Assembly: GCA_010093705.1 (NCBI GenBank)
Contig: MU006096.1
Location: 456,004-520,003 of the forward strand
Reading direction: 5' to 3'
Length of the DNA: 64,000 nt
Source of the DNA: Patellaria atrata CBS 101060
Taxonomy: Eukaryota
Below, one piece after another: positions 1 to 12,869 of the stretch. Made by a program: the position numbers and the translations under genes. The notes beneath the pieces were generated by a model. It saw nothing but the letters and a program-made list of their open reading frames with translations, had not been told where the DNA came from and ran no database searches. Every line of letters starts with the position of its first letter. Position 1 is the first letter of the stretch.

Positions 1-1262
1 CGACTCCGCCACCGAGGAAAGTGCGTGCCTGGCCACGAGAAAAGAATGACTTCTTGATTTGCGTCAGATTCGCAGCTGGACCTTCACGCATCAAGTGGTC
101 AAGAAAATTGATCGCCTCTAAAATGGCATTGTCGAAGGCAGTCTTTCCTTCGAGGAAAGAGGTGAGAACATCAAACTTGACTACGTTGACATGCTTGATG
201 CTGATCTTATGGATATTCTTTCCGTGCGAAGGACGACCCTGTTCCTTGTCCATGTCGAGCTTGATGTTGATATCGGGACGCTTCTCGCTGGCCCTGTTGT
301 ATGTAAGCTCAGCTTCTATTAGGATGAAATTGAGCAACTTACCAAGCGATCTTATTTCCATCAAAGATCCAGCCGTGATCGCCAAGTTCAGCCTGCAAGG
401 TGCGACTGTTCCAAATCTTCTTGATGAGCTGGCGTTTCTCATTGCCGTTGCCGATGAGTACCTAAAAGGTTAGAAGTTGATTTGAGAGTGAGGACAAAGT
501 GTACTTACATCGTATTGATGAACGGGCTTCGTTGCAAAGCGGTTGACGGTGAAGGTGTTCAACTTCACGAGGATTTCTCTGCCTTTAGTGTTGAGTGCTT
601 GACGACGTGGAAGCCTATCGCCAAAGTCAAACTGTGACATGTCAGTCCGAATCCCATCGTTTGATAGTGGTTGATTCGCCATCTTTGCAAAGTCAAGTAA
701 TGCAAGATTGAAGGTAAAAGGTTGGTTGAGACGAGATATTCAAAGTCAAACAAGTAGAAGAAGAGTGTTGTGGATGATGGTAAAAAGGAGGTGAAACCGT
801 TAAGGCCTGCTCTTATATAGACAGAGGGACAGACCGAAAGACGTACAGTAAAGCAGATGGTGAATCATGCTGCATAGAATAATGCATGATGACTATGGAA
901 CAGCGAAGCAAGTGCTTGGACGATAGAGCATGGGATATAGTTGAACATGATGATGTTCATCATCTAAGGACAGGCAAACCGGATAGAAGACTGGAGTTGT
1001 ATGAAAGGACAAATAACGTGTAGGATGCATGAACCCGGAAGAAATAGAAGAAGAAGTGACTTACACCGCGTGCGAAACTAGATCCGAGTGCACCTAGCTC
1101 TAGACGACGGTTATCTACCGTAATGGCTGCGCTGGCAGGATCTCTGCCGCCATCATATTGGGCAACAGATTGAAATGAGTGCTGATCATCTGAGGGCGTC
1201 TGGGAGGACACATTGGGAGGCACTTGAGTTGGAGTGCCTGGCGGCAGTGACTTTCTCCCCAT
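1..1262 (-). CDS. qde-2: Argonaute (QDE-2-like), N-terminal part; gene continues past the left window edge
   Basis: Spliced reading MGRKSLPPG...ARG|FDFGDRLPRRQALNTKGREILVKLNTF...VHQYD|VLIGNGNEKR...WIFDGNKIAW...AINFLDHLMREGP...IKKSFF...LGGGVE resembles the N and L1 regions of fungal Argonautes. Introns at 632-1064 and 462-508 have GTAAGT donors and YAG acceptors. Confidence 0.85.
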
Positions 1263-2864
1263 TGTGAGTCGTGACAAGGGACTTGTATGATAGATTAGCT
1301 ACCGAGGTCATCATTGGAAGGAGATGACAAAGATTATCATCAGTGGTGATGCTTGAAAACATGTCATTAGGGTGAACATGGTTGCTTACTTGGGTTTATT
1401 AAGCTGGTAGCCTGCTTTCAACCAAAGCGAAGACTTGAAGCGTAGGAGTGCGTCGCTGTACGTGTGATCGATGTCTCTGAGAGTTCGTAAATTAAGTTAC
1501 TGTGAGACGTCAGTGAGCTGCGACGCGAATGTGAGTCATTTGCAATTAGTTTGGTGAGTAGCTTTGAGAAAGGAAGAACATAAGAGGCACAGAGGGAACT
1601 TGTTGTCCACCAATTAACCGCGAAGGCGCAAGGGCAGATGTAACTGAAAAGGTTTGCTCGCTGAACAAATTTGAGACTGAACAGAGAAACAAGTGCTTCA
1701 GATGGGGTTGGAAAGGTACGAACATGTTTGCGTGAATTGAAACAAGGATTTTCCAAACACCCAGACCAGATGAGCTGGCACAGCAAGACCCGAGTCAGCT
1801 TGTGAGTTGTGATTGCGACAAGCAACTTGAGGAGGCGCTGTTGCGCTTCTTGAAGATTGATGGTTTGCTAGCTAGGCAGAGAAGAACGTGTTGAGGAGTG
1901 AAAGGGGATGATGAAAGAGGAAGATGGAGTGAGGTTTAGGAAAGATGGAGAAGTTGGAAAGGGAGAGGTTTATTTATGTTTACAAGTTCGCCACCGACGC
2001 GACTTCCTTGGTGTTGCCTCCGTTTGTAGAAGGAACCAGATCGTTGAGGCAGGCACGATGTTGTTTGTTGCGTTACTAAGGTGACTTGACTTAAGCTGAG
2101 GTGTGCCACTGAGGAAATGAAGGAATTTAGCTGTTGTTTGTTGCGGCAGTTGCAAGTGACCTCGACAGTAAGAGAAGACGAGCGAATTTTCGATTGAGAA
2201 GCGACTTTTGTCCCCTTAGTGAAGCTTCTCTTACCTGAGGTCCGTTTGAACTGAAGGGGTTCGGGTACGTGCGAGTATCGATGGGGAAGCTTTCACATTG
2301 CGGATTCGTTGTGTGGCCTCATATTTCACTGTTGTCGAGTGAGGTTAGAGGAATATATCAATATTTCAGTCATGTTTATGTTACGATGGAGAGCAGATGT
2401 GAAGTCAATTACTATGTATATTTTGGGGTCTCTAAATTTGCCTTATTCTACAAAGTGCAAACTGTGAGATAAAACCTTGGACAAAAGCCCAAAAGTCCCA
2501 AAATCTGTATTGTGAACTGAAACGCCAGACAGGGATGCTTCTCATGCGAATGTCCGCAATGCCTAGATCCCTTGGGTTTTGCGTAACGTTTATGAGCTTA
2601 CCTACCTAAGAGGCTCACCGCTTTAGACCAGCCCAAATATCCATCCATCGGATAGCCGAACACCAGTCACGGGGTAAACGCCAAATCGCTGATAAAAGTC
2701 CCAAGTCTTTTTATGCAAATGATTAGAAAAAAAGAGATGCACCGATGACAATCGTCACTATAAGTGGGGTCGTAGGTCAAGTGGTTCATGAGAGCATATA
2801 CAAAGCCCATGATGTAGGGAAATGGCCGGTCACAACGCAGGTCAACGGTGGAATTGATAGGGTC

Positions 2865-5800
2865 CTAATCATCTGTGAGTAAGTCGGGACCTAATAGAAG
2901 CATAAGACCTTTGACATACCGTTCAACTGACCATAGCTTGATGGAGGAGGTCCGGGGATCGGAGGTCTGAGCTGCTGGCCTTGAGGAAGCTCCAAATTTC
3001 GAAGTAGCTCCACCATCTTATGAGGAGCGAACGTAGATGCTTTGTATGTCTCCGCCCTTGGGATGATGCTAAGGAGATATGAAATCTCGCGGGGGAGTGG
3101 TGGTGGGGGAAGTGGCTGGCCGATGTTTGGAGTTTTCCCGATGGCATGGTTTTCGGCTGCTCGCTGTTGGTTTCTCTTCGCATCTAGTCTCCTACCCGCT
3201 GCCCCTTTCAGGGGTGATTCTGCTCGAATCATCTTACGAGGCTGGAAGGCCTCATTATCTGATTCCTCTAAAGGTCGTTTCGGAGAATTCGCTACTTGTG
3301 CAACTGAAGGGCGAGGAGAGTCCTGCATCTTTACAGGAGGAGGAATTCCAATGGTGGGTAGAGACCGTGGCTTAGCCTGGGTCGTTGGGGAGATGATAGG
3401 CCGTATTGCTGTTGGGTCAAACCCAGGACTGGCATAGCGATGTGCGAACCTTGACAACTGAGGGTCATCCGGGAATAGCTCGTGCATCCGCTTCTCAAGT
3501 TTAATGAGTTGACCGAGCTCTCCATAACGTGACTCGTACTCATGAAAGTATAAGTAGAGAACCTTCGCTTTGTGTGTATTCTCCGGCTTTTGAGTGATCT
3601 TGTTAACCACCGACTCGAAAACCATCCGGACATCTATAGGTGATGAGTAAAATATGTATCTGGAAGAGGCTTTTGATTGACTTACTGATAATATCGTGTA
3701 AAGTGATGAGGTGCTTGAGGTATTCGAGAGCAAAATTTTCGTCTTCAGGGAACAATTTCATACCACGCTCGAAGATCCTTGTAGCTGATGCATCCTGGTA
3801 GCAGTGATGCTCCATCAACGCATTTGCGATGTAGACATCGCTGGTGATGCGTCCTCTCCTACGGGCATCGACGAACGCTTGCCTCATCCCACCTTCGGCG
3901 GCGTCCCCCGGTTTCCCTTTGCCCTGGATGCGTCTTATAGCTCGCATATAAGCTATCCATGCGTAAGAGACTGTCTTTGAAAGTAGTTTGATTTGGACTG
4001 CATTCCCATTCCGGATAGCTTCAATTTGTGCCTTTTGAGTCGCCTCCCTGGCATTCCTTGCCTCTTCTTCTGCACCAGCTTCATCACCATCGGCAGAGCG
4101 TGTTGGGGATGCAAGTGCTTGTTGAGCGAATGATTCTTTTACTCGAGCGATGGCTTGGGTTTCCCGCTTTGTAGTTATGTTAATTAGTTCATACAAAGCA
4201 TCAAAGAGAGTATTGTACGGCTCTTTTACTAAGTCACCACGCTCTTTAACATCAGTGATGTCGGCAGTTGTAAGTTCAACTCGGTCAGCACGTCTGAACG
4301 CCAGAAGACAGCTTTCAGGATTAGCAGCAATGCCTTGGGTTAGAAAATCGTTGCCAGCGGATTCCATGTCATTCTGGAAGCAGAACTCCGCTGCATCGTA
4401 CCACATCTCGGGCCAAAACCTGAGAGCCATAAGAGCTTGTTTGTAAACATATACAATTCGAGATTTATATGCTTGAAGATCTTCATCTTTGAGCACAAGG
4501 TTATCTTCCTTCTCCCAGTTGATCCATCGTTTCCAAATCTCAACTTGATTCATGTACTCCACATCACCGTCAAATCCTAGAGCCGGGGGTAGGCGAGGGA
4601 GGGTCGTCCGATCCAGATCTTTGGTAAGATTCTGCAGAGCCATGTTGGCACTTCGTGCCGTCATATATGCGGGAGACTTTTCTTGAAGGAACTTGCGGCC
4701 CTTTCGAACGCATTAGTACTGATCCTCAACGAGCCATAAACACAGACGTACGGTCATTTTATTGAGTCCCATCTCAAAGTTATCATATTCCTTCCAAAGA
4801 CCTGTCACAGCTTGAGTAGGCACACAAATTGCTCGCTGGTAAGCTTTTCGCAGAGTATCCATTTTCTGTTGATCTTGCCAGCCATTGCCACCAAGGACTC
4901 CTGGTCCAGATTTCACAAACTGAATGTAATCTGACCAGATAGGACCGGCATCCTTGTCATGGCCTATAGTCTGAAGCACAAACTCATACGTCTGGGAGAC
5001 AATTTGACGCGCAGCGCCGGTGGTGTCGGTGGTTAGATTGTTACGACGCCGAACGTAGTCTAAATAGGTGGACCATAGGTGTACGTTATGGACATTCATG
5101 AGAAACCTTGTGAAAATCTGCTCGACTCGGAAGAAGTCATCATTTTGTAGCTCCATATTCACATATGCAATTATCTGCTCTGCCTGAGAAAGTGTTAGCA
5201 GTATTTCTAAAAGGCGAAGATTGAAACCTACCGCGGTGGGAAACACTTTAAAGAATCGATCATAGACTCCTCGGGCCTCATCTAGTTTATTTCGCTTCCG
5301 GTGCTCATTGATCAAGCTCAACCAGGCGTCAAGGTCACCGCGTGGATCATCTGCTATCCTGTCTTCTAAAATGCCGACTCGATCATGTGGAAGACGAGAT
5401 TTTGGAAGAGATGCTGAGAGACCTGAAGTGGCTGTTGGAGTATCAACAACAGGGAGAGTCTGGCTTGCGTTCGTGCTCGTGCTATCTAATTCAGCACTTG
5501 GGTTAGGTAAAACAGCAGTATGATTAAAGGTAGAGTCAGGAGGGCCATTAGATGGAACATCTGAAACACCCTGTTCTTGTGTAGTTTTCTGTATTGATAC
5601 ATCTGGTGTAAGAAATGCATTTGGCGTCTGAGTAAGAGAACGCTTTGGTGTATTGGTAGATGATTGAGCCACATTTAACAACCCATTCGAACCTGCCAAT
5701 TTAGGCCTTGTCACCGGAGTCTCATCCTCATCGTCATCATCATCGTCAACTATAAACCCACCCAATGTCTTCGGAGGCTGTCTCGTAGGCGTGGCGGCGG

Positions 5801-6062
5801 TGGTCTCAACGACTTTTGTATCTGATGCTTGGGAAACTGGACGCGACGGAGTTGCGGCTTCGTCTTCGGAAGCCGACTGAACCATCGGGGTCGAACGATT
5901 AGAATCATCTGCTTGGTCAGGTACAATATGGGAAGGATCGTATTCCTCCTCTTCTTCTTCATCTTGTTGCGCGTCGTTATTTTGGTAGGTTATCGGGTTG
6001 TAGTTATTCGTATTTGACTGCATAGACTGGAGAAAAGCCATCTCAGGAGTCATCTCAGCCAT
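2865..6062 (-). CDS. RNA14: mRNA 3'-end processing factor Rna14/CstF-77 (HAT repeats), multi-exon
   Basis: ORFs 4713-6062, 3603-4664 and 2891-3733 contain RLPHDRVGILEDRI, LRKAYQRAICVP, YKQALMALRFWPEMWYDAAEF and IFERGMKLFPEDE. The tiny last exon (stop ~2865) is tentative. Confidence 0.92.
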
Positions 6063-6496
6063 GATGGCTAGATTGAGCGCGTGTACCGCGCTACAGAGAA
6101 GATTAAGCTGTTGGTAGAAGACGGGTTAATAGGTAATGCGACCGTGGATTCCGAACAGCTCGAAGATATGAGCTTGCGACGTAGTTTGTATCGTAGAAGT
6201 GAACGACCAAGGATAGTACCTGATATGGTGAAGGAGAAAGAAGCTCGTGTGAGCAAAGAGACTTACAATAGAATAAAGAAGATATATGAGGTCCTTCGAT
6301 CGAGTGATGTTGATGAATAGACGTTGCACAGGTGGAATGATGAATAGTAGAATAGGACAATAGGTTTTGCTGGTCAATGCTCTTACGCTAGTTCAATTGT
6401 TACGGAAGTTTCCGCCCTTGATTGAAGCTTCAACTGCGTCCGAATACTTTTTGAAAGTTCCAACCTCCATTCGTGACATTCCCCACAGCTTTTACA

Positions 6497-7577
6497 ATGA
6501 ACCCTCACATATCTCTCCCTCGACAGCATTCGGGACCCTCCAACTTTGGCGGAGCTGCCCCCAGCAACCGGGGTGAAGGCATCCGTATGCCTAGATTCTT
6601 CAAACGCCTGTTCAAATTTCCGCAAATGGATTTCGAGATGGCAGTATGGGAGATGACAAGTCTAATAATAGCACCCAAGAAGGTGTTTAGATCAATATAT
6701 TATCATGTACATACTATTCACCTTCCTTCCACATTTGCCAAAGCTGACCGTCAAACTAGAAACGTACGTTAGGTGACGCCTTATTCTCCCCCCCCACAAA
6801 TTGTACATCCTACAATCGCTAGGCTGACCTGGAATCATAGAGACCAAGAATACATGGCACCGCCCTGATCCTTCTTTCACCTACCTCTTATCCTTCTTTC
6901 TCCTCCTTACTTCCCTGGCCTGGGGCCTAGCGTACGCCGATGGCTTCGCGCGAACAGTACGCATAACGCTCATGTTCATATTCATACATTTCCTTCTAAT
7001 ATCCCTCCTTGTATCCACGGTGGCATACTTCCTCGTAGGAAGATTGTTGGGCCCGGGCATTCCGGGACTTCCGGGACGAAGAAGACAAGGGCTGTTCGTG
7101 CAGCCAGGGGACGGCGAGCAGTTGGAGTTCGGATACTGTTTTGATGTCAGTGAACATACATCTGGTCTTATCCCTTGAACCAGCGTAATAATGTGTGAGG
7201 CTAGGTGTCGATACGAGCGTTCTTCCCCATCTGGGTGTTTTTATATGTCGTTCAGTTCCTCCTGATGCCGGTCATCGCAAGGGACTACTGGGTGTCATTG
7301 TTTTTTGGAAACACGTTATACCTCGTCTCGTTGGGATACTACACGATAATAACGTTTTTGGGCTACAATGGTTTGTCATACTCCATATCAGACAGGACAG
7401 TACAGCAAGCAGTATTAACTTCATTTAGCGTTGCCGTTCCTGCATCATACGGAACTACTGCTGGCCCCTACTGCGGTATTCGTAATATTGTGGTTTGCGA
7501 GTTTATTTGGTTTGAACTTACCGCAACATTTAGCGCCAATACTTCTCACTGGCGCTCAGTTGCGAAAAGGTGTCTGA
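6497..7577 (+). CDS. GMH1: UNC-50/Gmh1 family Golgi membrane protein, multi-exon
   Basis: RLFKFPQMDFEMAVWEMTSLIIAPKKVFRSIYYH, TKNTWHRPDPSF, LEFGYCFD and the ALPFLHHTELLL C-terminus. Confidence 0.9.
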
Positions 7578-7808
7578 AGAAAAGATTAACTTTAGAATCC
7601 TGTCTATATTATTGTATAAAATTATTTTCTGCCACCCCCCATGCATCCCATGCTGTAAATACATGATCCCCTTCCAGATTCAGTTTCACTTAGAGAGAAC
7701 GATCACCCGAGCATTTCTCTCTAGTACATGGGTACAGTCCAACCTAGATTTACAGAGGAATATGATACATAGGTTAGGAGAGCTCTTATGTTGTACAATG
7801 ATATCATT

Positions 7809-10800
7809 TTATAGATATCTCTTCTCAGTCATCTCTTCATAAGTCTGGATCTTATCACCCTCTTTGAACGCTTCCCAGTTCTCAAAGCCTATGCCACATT
7901 CCGTCCCCTTCCTCATCTCAGAAACATCTTTCTTCACGTTCTTCAACGAGGTAATTGTCCCTATAATAACGTTAGCAATCAGCTCATATCTATAAGAATA
8001 GCCCGACTGACCATCATATATCTGTTCACCCCGCCTCTGAACTCTAACCCTATTCCCTCGCCCGACGACTCCATACCTAACCTTACAACCCGCAATCTTG
8101 TTCTTCTTCCTCCCCCCCAAACTGATTTCAAACACCTGCGCCACCTCCGCCTCGCCCGTCACCTTCTGCGTCACTAACGGTGCTAGTTTCTCGCTCAGCT
8201 TCGCCTTGACCGTGTTGACTAGACGATAAATCACATTGTCCTCTATGATCTCGACACCCTTAACCTCAGCCATCTGCCTTATGCGCGGCTCGGCAGTGGT
8301 GTTGAAGGCGAGGATGTGGCCCCTGGCAGCCGCAGCGTGCTCGACATCAAACTCGCTGACGCCGCCGACACCGGAGCGCAGGATGTGGCTCCAGACTTCA
8401 TTGTTACCGAGCGTGGAGATAGCTTCGTGGACTGCTTCTGCAGAGCCGGAGACGTCGGCTTTCAAAATAAATGGGACTACGTTCGACCTTTTGCTGCTAG
8501 CTGCAACGTCTTGAGAAGTTGCTTGGTCGGCATCAGCGTCGGGTCCAGCTGCTGTTGCCCTGTTGCCTCTTTCACGCTTTTCTTGCTCGGCTTTGCGTGC
8601 TTCGTTGATGGCTTCCATGTCCTTGGCTAACTTGACACGCTCCTCTTTTTCGATGCGCCAATCGACCACGTCCTTCGCCTTTTGCTCATCGGGTGCTTCG
8701 AGAACCTCGTCGCCTGCGTCTGGCTGGTCCTCCCATCCGTCCACCTCAACGGGCATGCCAGGCCCGACGGCATTCACTGTTATTCCCCCTTCGTTGCGTA
8801 ACGTGCGTACACGAGTCCAAGTAGTACCCGCGACTAATATATCGCCTTGTTTCAGATTACCACGGCGAACGAGGACAGTTGCAACACGACCGGATTTCTT
8901 AGTCGTAGCCTCAAGTACCCAACCTTCAACCGGCCCGTCTGTCTCGGCTCGGTGGTCAAGAATTTCAGATTGTAGAGAAATAGCACCTTCAAGGTCTTTG
9001 ATACCTTGGCCGGTTTTACCGCTGACGGCGACTACTTGAGTGTCACCCCCAAAGTCCTCAACTTCGATGCCATGGCGCGCTAGATCATGTTTCACCCGCT
9101 CAGGGGCAGCTTCAGGTTTGTCGATTTTGTTGATGGCGACGATGATGGGAACTCTCGCAGCTTGGGCGTGTTTGATCGCCTCTAGTGTTTGGGGCATAAC
9201 ACTATCATCGGCAGCAACTACAAGAACAACAATATCAGTGACGTTAGCACCCCGTTGTCGCATATTGAGAAAAGCAGCATGACCGGGAGTGTCCAAGAAA
9301 GTAATCGTTTTGCCGCTGGATAAAGCAACACTGAAAGCTCCGATATGTTGAGTGATGCCCCCAAACTCTGTCGCTGCTACGGAAGATTTTCGAAGGTAAT
9401 CAAGAATGGTTGTCTTGCCGTGATCAACATGCCCCATAATAGTAACTACAGGAGGACGTAGTGGGATTTCCGACCTATCTTCCGCAACCGGCGCAGCATG
9501 TAGGTCTCGATCTTCACTCTCGTCGACAACCGGTTCAAAATTGTATTCCATAGCGACGAGACCTGCATTTTCAGCATTTAGCACATGATCAGACTGTACA
9601 TCTTCGAAACCCAGCTCCTCTAGCTTTCGAACAAAATCCTCAAACCGCACCCTCAGAGCAGCTGCAAGGTTCGAGACACTGATATACTGCGGTAGGAAGA
9701 TAGGTGTCGGATGTGCCACCGCCTCAGCGTGCTTTGCTTTTCTCCTCTCCTTCTTTTTCTCCTTCTTTTTATTTTCTTCTTCTCGAGCTTGGAATTCTTC
9801 TTCGAAATCAAACGCGAACTTATCTCGACGTCTCATATTATCCCGATCTCGTCGTTGTGGTAACTCCTCTTGCATCTTCACGAAGCGATTAGCGGTGCGT
9901 TCAAAGCGGACAGGAAGCATGCGATTAGGGGTGCGATCAGAGGTGCGATCAGAGGTACGATAATTAGGCTGATCACGAAATTTGGGGGGCCAATCATCAT
10001 GATTCTTTGAAAGGTTTGGTGTATATATAACAGTACCACCTTCTTCCGTCTTCTCCGATGCTTTATTGGGGACCGGAGACTCTCGTTCTATATTTCTGAA
10101 ACCCACAAAGCTTTTATCCCGTGAATGTCGCTCCCGGGTATCTCTCTCTTCTGCATAGCGTTGGTGCCTGTCGTCTGTTTTTGCCCGACGAAGACGGTCG
10201 GTAAGGTCCTGCTTCACTTGTTGTGATTCTAAAGGAGGGGGTGGACGGTTTAGTTTTAAGTGTCGCCATTGGGATATCAACTGGGTATCAAATGGTTCTG
10301 CATCTGGGGGCTTCTCCTGCCCAATGTTCATATTGAGTCGATAGTCACGTTGACCCGGTCTAAGGTGCTTACGAGTAACTGAACCTTGGTTCTCATTATC
10401 CCGCCGCACGGAATGGTCGGGACCAAAGCGCATCTTGATGACTGAATCTTTATCCCTCTTATTCCCAGGTACAGAATTTTCCGGCTTAAAATGGAGTGAG
10501 TCTTGAGTCTTCTTATTCCACTGCATGGAACAGAAGGGGGAGCTATGGCCAGATTCCTCGTAGTGCTCCGATCCGGCATGACCGGGAAGTGATGCACCTG
10601 CTGTCACTCGGGAGACTCTACTTTTTGAAAAGATACCAGTTGACGATTGCCGCAAATTTTGAGTAACTCTCGATAGAGTCTTCCTCTCTTCAAAAGTCCC
10701 AGGCTCCTTCTGAGACCTATTTCGCGGACTTCTCCTTTCAGACTCTACGGTATTATTAGTACCGCCCATCTGTTGATGGATCCTCTCTTTTGCTTGTTGC

Positions 10801-11127
10801 TCGAATCTATTAAGAGTGGGACCCTGAGATGAGAACGTCCGACCCCATCCAGCCCCACCCCAGGACGAGGTCTGTGACTTTTGATGGTCAATCCTTTCAT
10901 CTTCGTATTTCTCTGCGGAGGCAGCCTGTTGGAAGGCAGTGCTGGAGGACTTGAGATGCCGTCGCTGGGGGTACGGGGTTGATCTTGAGGGTATCGGCGC
11001 ATCTCTTACGACTCGATGCGTGCAAAACAAGCAGACATTGCGGGCCGCAGACACCTATAAATTGTGTTAGTAGGCGGATTATAGTATAAGTATCCTAACA
11101 TACCCTTGGAAACGTCTGATTTCTCAT
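7809..11127 (-). CDS. IFM1: Mitochondrial translation initiation factor IF-2
   Basis: [41 protein letters not shown] and GTECGIGF. Short first exon MRNQTFPR (ATG at 11127) and a small in-frame intron near 7962-8012. Confidence 0.93.
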
Positions 11128-11515
11128 CACAGAATGAAGTTGAGATACGGTAGAAAATATTTGGAGTGACCGCGGGATGCAGTAGATGGTTTCAGTCGGT
11201 TATTAGAGTAGTTCGGGTCAAGAATCATTGGCGAACACCAAAATAGGAAAAGTAACCTTACAGTTATTACCGTACATTAGAAGAATTTTGTTTGATAATT
11301 CATAGTTATCATTGTCACTCATTTACATTTATTGCAAATCACGAATTATCATTTCCTTCTCGCCCTAGGGTTTATCTATTTTGTACTGTAGCTGCCCTAT
11401 TGACCTTGGAAACATCCGCGAGAAGCTACCCCTAGTTCTATGCTGTTATGCACGAATATTTACGAAATATTGACGGGCTTATTATGCATTTACGCTTAGG
11501 TCTGGCCCGAGATAT

Positions 11516-12390
11516 CTACCATGGAAGCTGTAAAGGCGTTGGGAGATGCTCTTTCGGTCCCAAGACGTGTTCCGCCGTCCCAATATCGCTATAATCATTA
11601 GCTACCTTCGTACAGTATAGGACAATACTTACGCCGGGCCTCTAGGAGCCCAATATTGCCCGGTCTTTGAGATATCGAATTTCTCTATCCACCTTTTCAA
11701 AGAGTCTGCAGCTTCATTTGGGGTAACAGCTACTCCTCATTAGCGCGACGTTCAGCTGTTGGATTGATTAAGGGGCTGTAACTCACCACCCCCTTTATCC
11801 CAAAACTTATCAAAACCAACACCTTTGGTCATCTGAGTCCGCATGAATCCTGGATGCACGAGTCCTACCGCAATAGCCTTATCCTTTAGATCGAGGCTCA
11901 ATAATTTGCCCACCATGTTCAACGCAGCTTTGCTTCCATGGTGAGCATAGTTACCACCTCCCTCACTCTCATGCCTCAAGGTGATGCTCCCACTCTCCGA
12001 GCTGACGAGTATGACCTTGCTCCCTTCCTTCAACAGCCCAGCTTTCGCCAATGCTTGTACTACGAAAACGGGTCCGATAGCGGACGTTTTGTACATTTGC
12101 ACCTCAGCCTCAAAATCGGGTTTATCGAAGCTCTCGAGACCGAAATAGCCAGCTGTAATGATACAGATATCTACTGGATCAGGGGAAGCCCATGCTTGAG
12201 TGATCTCAGGACCTGCATCCGGATCGGCTATATCAAGATTCGAGACCCATCGTACATTCTCGGGAGAGTCATCTGGAGCGGATGAGCGAGCTGTCGCATA
12301 GACAGTTGTGGAAGGGTCGTCAGCATAAAGTGTAGTAAGTGAAGCTCCAAGGCCGCGAGTCGCGCCGACAATGAGGATATTACGAGGCAT
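11516..12390 (-). CDS. Short-chain dehydrogenase/reductase (C-factor/CsgA-like)
   Basis: GATRGLG Rossmann motif, SSESGS, SKAALNM and VHPGFMRT; spliced C-terminus ...PLQLPW*. Confidence 0.85.
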
Positions 12391-12869
12391 TCTGGTAGGA
12401 AATGGGTTTGGGTACGTAGGTACAGACGGGAAGCATAGTTTATAAGGTAGCTGGAGCTCTCATTCTGCACAATCAATAAGGTCACGACTGCCGGGTGATG
12501 GATGTGACGGGCACAGTGCAGTAAGCGTACAAGTATTATCGCGCGTCGGGCCGTTGATGACGCCACCGAGGAGCTTATCGAGGCTCAGCATCGGATCGGA
12601 TAAGGTAGCACTGAGGTCACAACTTCTGTTTATTCTATAACACTACAACTGTTTACTCTACAATACACCACTCAGCGGAAACACCACTCACCAAGGTAAC
12701 TTGGCTGCGCGCATATGACGGGAGCGTACAGTGCAAACTCATTATCTCGCTTTTGTTCCTCCATTAATTAAATGTACTTTGACCTTCAAGTTGAATGTAA
12801 CCGTACTGACATATCCTCCAGCTACCTGATCTTCCGATAAAACCCTTGTATTGAGGCATCTTTCGTACG

